This document shows, one piece after another, positions 49,426 to 61,300 of a DNA stretch of 64,000 nucleotides. The stretch's first letter is position 1, and each line of letters opens with the position of its first letter. This DNA comes from Monocercomonoides exilis PA203 (Eukaryota; Protista; Preaxostyla). The notes beneath the pieces are model-generated. The model saw only the letters and a program-made list of their open reading frames with translations, was not told the DNA's origin and searched no databases. The position numbers were made by a program, and so were the translations under genes. The stretch covers positions 1-64,000 of the forward strand of contig LSRY02000019.1 of assembly GCA_001643675.2 (NCBI GenBank). The letters are read 5' to 3'.

Positions 49426-52400
49426 ATGTCATCATTCCAAGGATCTCCACAAATTTGCTATTCTTTGAAATCGCCAATTGTGAATGTTGGAGCAGTTGCA
49501 TCGCCTCCGACACTTGGTTTCACGACACAACATTCTCCTCCAACACCGGCAATTATGCAAACTGGATCTCCGTCCATTGTTTCATTATTTTCATCTTCGT
49601 CATCTGGGTCAACTTTATTTTCTCAATCGTCATTTAATCCGTTGCCATTACCGAAAACTGGAGCAACCCCTTCTCCGCTTCGTGCCTCTGATTCACAATC
49701 TCAAGACCAAAATAACAATGCAAATGCTTCAAATAATTCATCGCAAGCGCAAAATGGAGCTTCATCTACTTTTAATCCATCAATGGTTTCTGTTCAAGCT
49801 GTTCAAGCATCTTCTCCATCAGGAGATTCTTCCCGCCAAGATCCTTCTTCATCGTTTACTCTTGCTGCGACTCCGGTCGTTGGGCAATCTTCGTCATTTA
49901 TGCAACCTGGTTCTTCACAAATGTATCCGTCAATAATATCTCCGTCATTGCCTGTTCCTCAACTTATGACATTTTCACCTTCATTTGTAACTTCTCAACA
50001 GTCATTCGGATCAACTTCCACTCCTCAAGTTTTAGGACAGCCTATGGGCTCAACAGTTGGTCCGTTTATTATCCAACATTCACCTCCAATGCTAGGAATC
50101 ACATCATCACCTTCATTTTCTACCTCACCTTTTCCAACAACGTCCGAAGAGCTTCTAAAGTTGGCAACCTCGTCAACATTTACCTCTTCTCCTTTTAATT
50201 CACTTTCACCTCCTTCAGCATCCCCACCATCGACCTTCGATGCAGCTGTTAGATCTGAGCAGAACCAACTCCAGAGACAAGAAGGAAAAACGTCTACTTC
50301 CGTTACTGATTCTTCTACTCCTGCAGATAAATCTCAGACAAATTTCTCAGCTTCAACCTCTTCGTCATCTTCATCTTCATCATCGTCCTCGTGCTCTGGT
50401 GAATCTGAATCTTTTGCTGGACAGTCTGTTTTCTCGCTTTCCCAGCCGTTTATATCTTCTTTTGCCACACCATCTCCGTCTACCATTTTGGTACCAGCGT
50501 CATCTGCACCTGCATCAGTTGCCACTTCCACTGGGCAGGAGAGGTATTTGGTGCAAGAACAACAGGACGCATTCCGCCCCTCAGGCTCTGTCCAGCAGCT
50601 TCAAAACTCCTATCAGTATCAATACTTCACTCCTTCACTGTATGTTTCATCACCTTCATCGCAGCAGCCACAGCAGCAACAACAACAGCAGCAGCAATCG
50701 CAACAGTTTGTTCCTTCGCAGTACATCATCTTAGCACAACCTCAGCAGCAACAGCAGCAGCCGCAGCCGCAGCCGCAGCAGATTAGCCCAGTATCGTCTT
50801 CTTATCCTGAGTCTGTGCGCGCCATTCAGGATCAGACAAAAGAACAAGAAGTGTTTTTCACGACTTCTTCGTCTTCCTCTTTGCCATCTCAATCTCCTCA
50901 AGGTTCCCCTGTGAACACAGCGTCAGCACAGATGCATCAGTTTTCAATGGCAAATCAGTCTCAACAACAAGATTCTCATTCAGCACACCAATCTTCATTC
51001 AACCAGCAGGCGATGTATCAGCAGGAGATGCAACGCCCACAGATGATTGTCAATCAGGCAGGTCAGCTTCAGCCTCTTCCTGTTCAGTTTGTGGCACAGA
51101 ATCAGCCTCCTCAGCAATATGCACAGACGTCTGCGATGATTCAGAACAATCCCTCCCAACAATCTTCTTCTCCTCAAACTGCAATACAGGCGAGCGAAGC
51201 TGCTCAGCCTGTTATGATTATGATGGCTCCATCTCATATGCAGTCAGTGATGTCTCCATCTCCACAGCATTATGTGCAGCAGCAGAATGGCAACAAGACG
51301 ATTCTGAACACTCAAAATGGACAAGTTGCATACATTACGAATGGATCAAATATGTCTGCTTCTCATTCTTCTCCTTATCCAATGGCTCCCTCGGCTTCTG
51401 TCCCTGGTTCTGCTTCTAATTCTCTTTCTTCTCCGATGCCTTCTTCATTTGCCAATGCTGCCTCATCTCATCCTCCGCAATATGCGCAGATGGTGTATGC
51501 TCCCATGGGGTATGCGCCTGTCCATCCTTCTGCTGAAGCAGTTGATCCTCAGCAGTTCTATCGGATGGCCCCAGCAGGCACACAATACGCTCAGTATCCA
51601 AATGCACAGGACACCTTCCCATCTGCCATGGCCCCTCAAAAAGCGGCTGGCTACAATCTCCGCCAGTTTCAGCCGCAACAACCGCAACAACAGCTACAAC
51701 AACAACAGCAGCAGCAGCAGCAAATGGCTCCATACGGCCAGCCATTCACTCCGCACCAGCAGTTCCAGCGGATTAATCCGAACGCCCAGAAGTTTGTGAG
51801 CATCAACAGCGATCCTTCATACAGATACAGCCATCCATCTGCTCGTTCATCGCAGCAGAAGCTGTCTCAGAATGCGATGATTCCGATGAATGACACTTTG
51901 TCCACTTCCTCTCGATTGTCATCCAGTTCATCGCAAGCCTCTAACTCTGCACTGTTTCCTTCAACGCCTTCTTCTCTCTCTTCTGACCTGTCGAGTCAGA
52001 CTACGACGTTCAAATCAACTGCTTCTCTGGCTTCTTCAAGTGCTGCGTCATTTGGCGCAGCTGCCTCTTCGACGCCGTATGCAACAGACAACCAGCTGCT
52101 TCAGCATCATCTGCAGAACAGAGATGTGCCTCTCTCTCTGGCAGACATGAAGGGCAATGTGATGGCCTTTGCGCTGGATCAGGTGGGCTCGCAGACGCTG
52201 ATGAACATGTTCAGGCAGTGTGCGCCGTTGTATTTGATGGAAAAGGAACTGAGAGAATGTGAGAGGAACGAAAGAAGAAAGAAGAAGAACGAAAAGAAAG
52301 CGAAAAAAGGGAAAGACGATATGAAGGAAGAAAAAGAAGAAGGCTCAGCAGATAGCAAGCAGGAGACGCAAAACGACACATCTTCATCGTCGTCTAGGTT

Positions 52401-54111
52401 TATCGACGAATCTTTGCTTTCCACATCGCTGCTTACCAGCAAGCTGTTGGACGAGCTTGTGACGAATGCGACTTCGGTGTATCTGCTCGCAGTCGACCCG
52501 TTTGGAAGCAGCGTGCTGAAGGCAGCTGTGCTGAAGATGCGGCTGATGCAGTTGAAGCGTGTTGCCTTTGCGCTCTCTGGAAGGATGCTTGAGCTGGCAA
52601 CACACACATTTGGATGCAGACTTGTCCAAAGTGTGATGGATGCGCTTGATGCGTTTGAGGGGAATGAGGGAGTAGAGGATGAGAGCTTTGATGAGGAAGC
52701 GGAGGAGGAGGAAGATGAGGAGGAGGAGGAGGAAGAAGAGGAAGGCGAAAAAGAAAATGCAAATACCGATGAGTCAAAGAAAGAAAGCGACAAAGTTTGT
52801 GACAGTGACAAGGACAAGCAAGAATCTGAAGGAAAAGATAAAGAAACAGGAGATCAGAAAGAAGATAAAAGTCAAGCAGAAGGAAAGGGAAAAGAAGAAA
52901 ATAGTGCAAATGATAGCAAAACAAAAGGATCTCAAGACAAAATAAAAGATCGCAAGCGCATCATTCATCATCCCTTCCGAGGACTAACAGGACAGCAAGT
53001 TAGCCGCCATTTGGCTGTGGAAATCTTCCCTCATTCTCTTCTTTTGCTGCACAATCAGAATGGCAACCACGTCATCCAGCGCTGTATCGAATGCCCAGCA
53101 GCATCAGAGTCTGACCTGTCTCTTGTGTTGTCGATATTAAACAGAAACATGCCGACCAACCTTGCCAGACATCCATATGGCTGCCGTGTGTTCCAGCGGC
53201 TGGCTGAACATTTGTCTCCTGCTGGACGCATCGAGATGGTGAAAGGTTTGCTGGGCGACATTTTGGCTGTTGTGCTTAGCCAGTTTGGCAACTACGTGAT
53301 ATCTCATTTGATGGTACATTGCGACGACAACGGGCGCTCTCTTGTTGTCAATGCGCTTTCTGGATCGTTTTTCATCCTTGCAAAGCAAAAGTACTCGTCT
53401 AATGTGGTTGAGAAGTGTATCGTGTACTCTTCTCCGCAGCTGCGGCGCAACATCATCAAAGAGCTGTCGTGTGCCGAGCTGCCTCAGCGCGATTGGTCAG
53501 CCAACTCTTATTCAGACATCCACCCACTGATGCATTTGCTCTACGATCAGTTCGGAAACTACGTTGCACAGCGCGTCTTTGACTATTCACCGAGCGAGCA
53601 GAAGGCGGAGATTTGGGCTGCGCTGAGTGGCGTTGTGGAAGAGATTCTGAGTCTTTCATCGGATGCTGGAGGTGCTCAGTCTTCGATGGGATCGTCTAAA
53701 TCAGAGCAAGAAGCTGTCCCCAGGCACATTGTCACAAGAGTGCAGAGAATGAAGATATCTCTGCTGCAGCCGACGCTTCCCCTGCCGTCGCCTGAGTGGA
53801 GTGCTGCAAGGCGAGCATGGAAGACGCATCGGCTTGCTGCAGCTGCTTTGAATGCTTCGTCGCAGTCACACGATTGCTCGTCTGATGCTGTCTTAAATCA
53901 GGATGAGTCTGCACAAACATCAACTAGCAAACAATCTCCTCGTGCAATTGAAGCGAATCTTTCTGCAATTTCATCTTCATCATCTTCATCTTCATCCTCT
54001 TTAACAAATTCTGGTTCCAATTACGAGGAAACTTCTATGCCTAACCAAGAGCAAAATAACTTTTTCAAAGAAAATATGAAAAACAAATCACTTAAAGTGC
54101 ATACAACATAA
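49426..54111 (+). CDS. Pumilio/PUF-family RNA-binding protein with long S/Q/P-rich N-terminus
   Basis: Eight PUF repeats at ~52120-53640: DQVGSQTLM, DPFGSSVLK, HTFGCRLVQ, NQNGNHVIQ, HPYGCRVFQ, SQFGNYVIS, QKYSSNVVE, DQFGNYVAQ. Poly-Q tracts. Confidence 0.93.
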   Translation: MSSFQGSPQICYSLKSPIVNVGAVASPPTLGFTTQHSPPTPAIMQTGSPSIVSLFSSSSSGSTLFSQSSFNPLPLPKTGATPSPLRASDSQSQDQNNNANASNNSSQAQNGASSTFNPSMVSVQAVQASSPSGDSSRQDPSSSFTLAATPVVGQSSSFMQPGSSQMYPSIISPSLPVPQLMTFSPSFVTSQQSFGSTSTPQVLGQPMGSTVGPFIIQHSPPMLGITSSPSFSTSPFPTTSEELLKLATSSTFTSSPFNSLSPPSASPPSTFDAAVRSEQNQLQRQEGKTSTSVTDSSTPADKSQTNFSASTSSSSSSSSSSSCSGESESFAGQSVFSLSQPFISSFATPSPSTILVPASSAPASVATSTGQERYLVQEQQDAFRPSGSVQQLQNSYQYQYFTPSLYVSSPSSQQPQQQQQQQQQSQQFVPSQYIILAQPQQQQQQPQPQPQQISPVSSSYPESVRAIQDQTKEQEVFFTTSSSSSLPSQSPQGSPVNTASAQMHQFSMANQSQQQDSHSAHQSSFNQQAMYQQEMQRPQMIVNQAGQLQPLPVQFVAQNQPPQQYAQTSAMIQNNPSQQSSSPQTAIQASEAAQPVMIMMAPSHMQSVMSPSPQHYVQQQNGNKTILNTQNGQVAYITNGSNMSASHSSPYPMAPSASVPGSASNSLSSPMPSSFANAASSHPPQYAQMVYAPMGYAPVHPSAEAVDPQQFYRMAPAGTQYAQYPNAQDTFPSAMAPQKAAGYNLRQFQPQQPQQQLQQQQQQQQQMAPYGQPFTPHQQFQRINPNAQKFVSINSDPSYRYSHPSARSSQQKLSQNAMIPMNDTLSTSSRLSSSSSQASNSALFPSTPSSLSSDLSSQTTTFKSTASLASSSAASFGAAASSTPYATDNQLLQHHLQNRDVPLSLADMKGNVMAFALDQVGSQTLMNMFRQCAPLYLMEKELRECERNERRKKKNEKKAKKGKDDMKEEKEEGSADSKQETQNDTSSSSSRFIDESLLSTSLLTSKLLDELVTNATSVYLLAVDPFGSSVLKAAVLKMRLMQLKRVAFALSGRMLELATHTFGCRLVQSVMDALDAFEGNEGVEDESFDEEAEEEEDEEEEEEEEEGEKENANTDESKKESDKVCDSDKDKQESEGKDKETGDQKEDKSQAEGKGKEENSANDSKTKGSQDKIKDRKRIIHHPFRGLTGQQVSRHLAVEIFPHSLLLLHNQNGNHVIQRCIECPAASESDLSLVLSILNRNMPTNLARHPYGCRVFQRLAEHLSPAGRIEMVKGLLGDILAVVLSQFGNYVISHLMVHCDDNGRSLVVNALSGSFFILAKQKYSSNVVEKCIVYSSPQLRRNIIKELSCAELPQRDWSANSYSDIHPLMHLLYDQFGNYVAQRVFDYSPSEQKAEIWAALSGVVEEILSLSSDAGGAQSSMGSSKSEQEAVPRHIVTRVQRMKISLLQPTLPLPSPEWSAARRAWKTHRLAAAALNASSQSHDCSSDAVLNQDESAQTSTSKQSPRAIEANLSAISSSSSSSSSSLTNSGSNYEETSMPNQEQNNFFKENMKNKSLKVHTT

Positions 54112-55394
54112 GTTTGATTATAAATTTGTGTTGTAGTCACTTGCATATTAGAAAAATCATCGCATTAATGTTTTGTATTTAAGTTCTAGTGAGGTTACTG
54201 AAATACGTACAAACTGTATATTGACTGTAAATTGAGAGATTTATTTGGATGCATATGATTTGAGAAATACTTTCAATTTCTTTAGTCCAGTAACTATTTT
54301 CTTGTGCACTTCGTAGAATGTGATTTTATCATTTAAAAGTACATTTTTGCTGAATATGTATTTTTCCATCAACACTTCGACAATTTCATTTATGCATCCT
54401 CTTCGTTTGATTTTGGTTTTCCACGATATGAAAGTTTTTTTAGCTTTCACTTTCTTTTCAACTTTTTTACCTGCACATATGCAGAAGAGATGAACCTTTC
54501 AAATTTAATTTTTTTGAGTTAATTTTTTTTTAACTTTGAATACTTTGATATCTTAGTCTTTATATTGCATTTAATTTGTTGTTCTTGCATGGGCTAACGT
54601 TAATTTTTGAGAGAGCACTTCTTATCAAAAGCGAGGTTTGGCTTATTTCTTCTTGTTCGGTGAATATACGGAAATTAAGTCCGTTTGACTTTCATTATAA
54701 TTCTGAATATCTGGACAGATCTTGTATTGTACATTGAATGTAATAATCATTTTCTCCACAACTGTTGTTTTTTAATTGGTGTAACATTTTTTTGCTGTTT
54801 AATTTTCTAAATTCGCATGAACAAAAAGCTCACAAATTTTCAACCTTTATTTGTTACCCTTGCTTGAATACAAAGTTTTGGTTTATAACATTTCCCACAT
54901 ATTTATAGTTAGATCTTGTTAATCAAATTTATATCTTTTGATTTAGAGTAATTTGAGTTTCCTTGTTTTAATTTTTTGTTAAAAAATAAAAAATAAAGGT
55001 TATAACTTCTTAGAAAGGATAATTTTTTTTTTTGGACATGGCAATAATTGCGAAATCAAAGCAAGTCCAGATATTTTGTGATTCTTTTAAATGTGCTTTT
55101 GATTAGAAACTATCGAAAGAAAATCATAGCTGAGAAAGAATATAATCAAACATTATTAAGATGCGTTTGACTTTTTGATTGGAACCAATAATTTGGAAAA
55201 TGTCAAAACAAATCAAATTGCTCCAAACCACCTTTCCTCATGAGATTTATCCCCTGTTCTTATCAAATCTTTTCATAAGCTTCATGGCCTGATGGGAAAC
55301 CATGGACTTATGTAATTATTTCAAACCATTTTTCAAAAGTGATTTCCAAAAAGTGGAAAAAATGCAATTATCCAATGGTTCCTGTAAATTGAAA

Positions 55395-58300
55395 ACAAAT
55401 AAAAAATTGGCCATATTCCTCAGATATTATTTCTGCAATTTGCTGTTTCTTCTTGGCATCTGCAATGAAAACGAACCCTCGTTGAGCTTTCACTTGCAAT
55501 CATTTTCATCTGCACTTTGCGGCTGCATTCAGCAATCAGAAGCAACAAAGTTTCTTCCATAGCGTATGCATCATCATTTCATTGGATTTGAGATATTTTA
55601 TATTTTGGACAAATGTGCTTATGACAGTTTGAATCTGTCAAATATCGTTTTCTGAATTTTTGGGTGCGACAGAAGTGTTCGGATTGCAGGCATGGGTGAG
55701 GTTTCTGGATTGAATGCTGAAGCAATATTTCATAATTCTTTTCAGACGAATTGCAGATCTGGCAAGCTGTCAAAGATTCAAGAAATCACATGTTGGATTT
55801 CGAATATCGAAACATGCATTATTGAGCAAACAGAAATTTTGGTTTCTTGCAAAAAGATAAACTAAACGGGAAAAGTATTTTTTCCCCCAATATATAACTC
55901 CAATATCCTTATTATTGTATTTTTGAAAGCAAATGTCAGGGGGCAGCTTGCTTTGAAAAATGCAAAAACAAGATTTCTTGTTGAGGCCAAGCTAGACGAG
56001 CCATTTGACAAAGTATGTGTTTCGTTTGCTGGTGTGAAGGTTTATGTTTGTTGTTTGGCAAAGCTGGAGGAAATGTGCCACTTTGAGGAAGCATCGTGAA
56101 TGAGCACTGCCGAGGGGCGAGAGTCTCAAACCGCTGGGATGCGACAGATTCTGGCTCACAGCGATGAGAAAGAGCCAATTTAACTGCCTTGGACATTTGA
56201 GATGAGAAGGAATTTGAGTCTTCTTCCATTGTGCTTTCTCGCCTTCAACAACTCGCACATTTTCTGCCCAGTGGCAATGAGGCACAAGCATCAGCCCACC
56301 AGCCAATTCCATCAGTTCCACAGAAGCAGCCACATCCAGCTCTTCCTTTGGCTCAGAATTGTTTGGAAAGCGAATGGGAATGAGTCTGGGGAATTGAGAT
56401 TATTTTGTTTTGTCTCTTCCTCTTTCTCTCTGGAACTGTGACAAAGAGGGCTGCTCTGTGTGGCTGCTGGTTTGTGACATTTTTAAGTTCAAAGAATTGA
56501 GCTTATCTGCTTTCAACAATCACTTCATTGTTTGTATTCAAAAACACAAAAAAAGAGCAAGACAAACGCAAAAGAAAGAAGACGAAGAGCAGCAAGGGGA
56601 AGGACAGAAAATGGCAAAGGTGAAGTGTCACAAAAACAAAAACGGCGGGGATAGAAGCAAACAAACAGAAAAAGATGCGCAAATGTTGATGTGCTTGGTG
56701 CAACAACTTCATCGACAAACAAAAAGAAAAAAAAAATCACAAAAATCATAAATGGTATTTGGAAGGAACAAATTGGGTGTTTCATTTCAGTTCACCATTT
56801 GTTGTACCGAATTCGACAATACTAATCCACCTTGTTGAAGCGAATCCTGCACGCCGATGAACAAGATATCGGACAGGAAGGAGGAAAACAGTATTCTACG
56901 AGATGAAAGTGGCCGAGATGGAGCTGCACAAGGCTGAGCCAGAGAGTTGATGCTGCCTGTCGGAGCAGCAGGTGTAGTCGACTGCATCGGAGAGGGTGAG
57001 GATGGCAGCGCCAGGCGGGAAGTGCTGGATGAGCAGGCGCTTGAGACTGGTGAGGGTCTGTCTGTCGGCGGGGTTCACCGACAGGCAGGCGTTGACGAGC
57101 TCAGAGAAGGCAGACGAGCCGATGGGCTGCATGGGTGGCCTCTCTCCATTTTTGATTTTTTCTCCAGCGATTTCTGCCTCATACTCACCAAATGGGATCT
57201 GGAGCGTCAGGCACTCCCACAGCATCATCCCGATCGAGAATGCCACCGACTCCTTTGTTGCACCCATCTTCTTGTTGATCAGCAGCTCAGGCGCCTTCCA
57301 CCTCAGGCACTCTTTTCTGAAGTCATCTTCATCCTCAAAGGCAGACGAGGGTAGTGAGTCTCTATCATCATCACTGACAGACGTTGCAACTGTTGATGAA
57401 GAGATGGATGATGAATCTGAGTCATCATCTGACAATAAGTCAGAATGCATCACAATGCAGATCACCATGTGTTCGGAGAATAGCACAAGGTGGGGACTCA
57501 AGTTGGCCAAAGAGGAAAGCTCATTTTCCATTTCGTCAAATGAATGGAGAGCAAGGTTGGCCACCCAGAACAGGATCTGAGCAGCTGTTTGCTCCCTCTC
57601 CTTCAGAGTTCCTATTGCCATCTCCTTCGTCTTATTCCTTCCATGCAACAGCATGAACAGCGAATCCCTCAGATCCACAATCAGCTTCTCATGAGGCGAG
57701 GAGCAGGCCATTGCATCCACCAGATTCGACATTGATGAAGTGGTTGGACAAAGATCCTCTCCTCGAACAAATGTTGAATCTGAGTCAGTTGTTGAGATGG
57801 ATGAAATGGATGGAGAAGGTGTTCGCTTTCTTGTCTCTTCATCATCTTCTTCCTTCTCATCGACCTTCTCCAGCATCCATTCAGGAATCTTATCTGAATC
57901 TCTCCCCAGAATATATTCAGTCGATCCACTTTCACTCAATAAATGCTCTGATGACTCGGAGTGTCCCAAGCTTTTCTCAAACACCATCTTCTTTATCCTC
58001 TCTTCATTCTTCTTCTCAGCCTCCCTCTCAGCCCTTCTCCACTGATCCTCAGGCGACATCTCCATCGTCACCATCTCAATCGCCTTCGGATCCTTTCTGA
58101 TATTGTCTTCCACAATCACCTCCAATTCTTCTGTCCGTCTCTTTTGCTTTTTCCATCGAACAACAAACAAAATAAATCCAACAAGAACAATCAACAAAAT
58201 CACAACAAGCACGATAACGATTATTGGCCATATGGACATTTCCTTGTTTCCACCTTCAACAATCCTTTCATCTCCACCCTTTGCTTCACTTGCATTCTTC

Positions 58301-61300
58301 AGAATGAATGGATTTGTTGAGGAAGGAGATTCTGCGTTGCCAAACAAAATTGAAGCACTCACTTCGATTTCATTTCCACAACTGCTGAGGAGATCTTTTG
58401 CCACGCTCCCTTCAACTTCTTTTTCTGACAAGAATCCTTCCATATCAAAATCAAATTTTTCAATCTCCTTCTCATCTCCCTTCCTCTTCACAACAGAGAA
58501 TGACAGATTGCATGGAACAAGAAGCATCCCTTTGAATGCCAGCTTCATTCTATTTGCCTCTTTTTTTGCTTCCACGCTCTCCAGCACAGGAATGACGAAT
58601 GATGAATCTCTTTCAGAAACAATCCCTTCAAAACTGCATCCATCATCCAACATCCAAAGTGATGTATTTCTCTCCAATCCATCTCCTCCCTTCAAACTCA
58701 TCACATTCAATATTCCTGAATCAGAGCAGATGATGTTTCTTCTCAGCGAAGGATATCCTTCAATCGATGGATTGTTATTCAAAAACTCTCCTTTCTCAAT
58801 TTTCACATTTCCTCCACTCGTTGTTATTCCACCCTCTGGTGAATTCAAGATTGCTGTATCTTTCATCATCACAGAACTCTTCGCAACATCAACAACAGAT
58901 CCATTCCATCGACATATTTCTTCTTCTCGATTCAAATAATTCTCGGTTCTTTCCTCTAAACTTCCTTCAAACACACACGATTCCATCAATATCTTCTCTG
59001 CCGATGTTATCGCCACCTGGCTCCCCTTTTGTGACTCTGATGAGCACTTGCTGAGCGAGCAGTTGCACATCTCAAAACAGCCCATCGGGTGAGTTGTGCA
59101 GACAATACAAGACCCACTTGTCGATCGGCTGATATTTGAAAACGATGACAACACCAACGAAACAAACAGAGAAGAATGGCCGTTTTCAAATGAGATAAGA
59201 CTTTCGTTTTGAAGAGTGATGTTTGTGCCTGTCAGCCTTGAAACACTCACTTTCTCGCTCTTTCCACATTCAATCACCGAACTCTTGCATCGAACATCAT
59301 CCACTCCCAGATCGTCAAATGATGCTCTTTCCGAACCCAATATGTTGAAAACAGGTTTTGTGAATCCCAAACTGTTAACGCTGCACGCATCTGCTTCAAA
59401 TACCCCATCTTCAACAACAATCAGAGAAGCATCGAAAAGGAGCTGTGGATTCGCTGTTGTTCTGCTCTCTGAATGAAACGAAACAGATTCGAGAATTAGA
59501 GATCCGCTCATTTGGTGCAGCAAGCACGAGCAGATAGCATTTTGCACCCCATCAAAAGCAAATATCACTTTCTCAAATCGAACAGACTCTGAAGTTCTCA
59601 CAACTCCCTCATCTGCCAAACTGATCTCGCTCACTTTGATTTTGGCATTCCTGCTTGCTTCCATCGACTTGATGGTCACCCTTTGAGCAGAGCACGAGCC
59701 AGTCAATGTTGTTTCATTCCAGATCAATAACTGCGAATAATCCGACGGGATGATGTGGCTCACCCCAACATCCAGCGAGGAGCATGTGCTCTTCATCTCC
59801 CCACACTGCTTGCTGTCGCTGCTGTTCCCCACAACAGAAGACACAAATATGAACTCACTTCTGAACACAAACACTCTTCGCAGAAGATCCTCCTCATCCC
59901 CATAATTGTCTGCTGTGCATCCCCATATTGCCAGCTCCTTCACAAACGGCTCCCCGAAGTTTATCAGGAACTGTGATTCACTTATCTGCGAGTCAAGGTC
60001 AGTGCACTTCACAAACACATCCCTCCCTTTCGAAGCAACATTCTCTCGCAATGTGATGTTCGACAGCACAAATGGCAATGCTTCCTGTGAGACACTCTGC
60101 GATTTCAAAAACATCCCTCCGCCCCTCCCAATGTTCGAGCAGAAACATTTTACCACATTCGTGTGGTTCATCTCCAGCTTCCCCCTCTCATTGAGGAGGA
60201 AGAACATTCCTCCTCCTTCATTCGAGCTTGCCGATCCACACCCATCAATTGTCGAATTCTCCATTTTCAATCTCACATCATTCGACACGTCACAGCAAAG
60301 CAATGAAGGGTTGATTGTCGCACTGTGCTTCACATTCGCAAATATGCATTGCTCAAATAGAATATTCCATACTTCTTCTGCATCATTCTTTTCGCTTGAA
60401 GCAATCGTATTTTCACTCATCGCAACTGCACTTTTCCCGCTCAATGCAATATCTTCAAATGTCACATTGTTCATTGCTATCGCACAATCTGTTGACACAC
60501 TCATGATCTCACACATCGATGACAATCCTGCGATGTTTGTCTTTTCAATCTCAACAATTCCTTTCGAGGCACCGATCAGCACAAATGACACCTCGCCTTC
60601 GGCACTGCCATGTGTGCTGATTGAACAGCTCACAATGCTCGTTTTGATTGCATCTGAACCTGTCTGGATGAGAATGCTTGCTCCGTTATCAAAAGCAGTC
60701 GGAATCACCATTCCCATTTCTTTGAATTGAACAGCCCCTTTGCATTCAACAATAGCATCTCCATCACCCTCAATCGCTTTCACAAATTGGATTTTGTCTG
60801 TTTCGCCATTTGTTCCTTCCGCCTTCATCCCACTCATCTCAATCACACTCCTTGCATCGCAAACCCCACGAATCATCATGCGCTCGACTCCAGAACTGAC
60901 TGTTCTCTTCAGCCCATAATCAACAGATCTGCACGGATATTCTTCCAACCCACACACCGCCACATTCTTTCCTTCCTCTGTAATAAACACGCTCGATCCA
61001 ATCTCTTTCCAGAAATAGATCAGCGGGATTGCACACTCTCTGTTTCCCCCATCATATCCCCTCATCGAGTCTTCTGTCAGCAACTCCAGTCTATCTTTCA
61101 CAAATGGCAATGTTTCGTTCTTGATGCTCTTGATGAGCAATGGAGATGAAATGAATAAGTCTTTCCCAAACTTCGCATTATTCGGCTTGTCAGTCGAAAA
61201 AACAGGCGAGGATATCACAAACCCTGCCTTTCCTTCCTCTTCCTCTTGTTTCTGCATCTTCAGCATTATTCCTCCTCCATATCCAACTCCTTCCTCTTCA

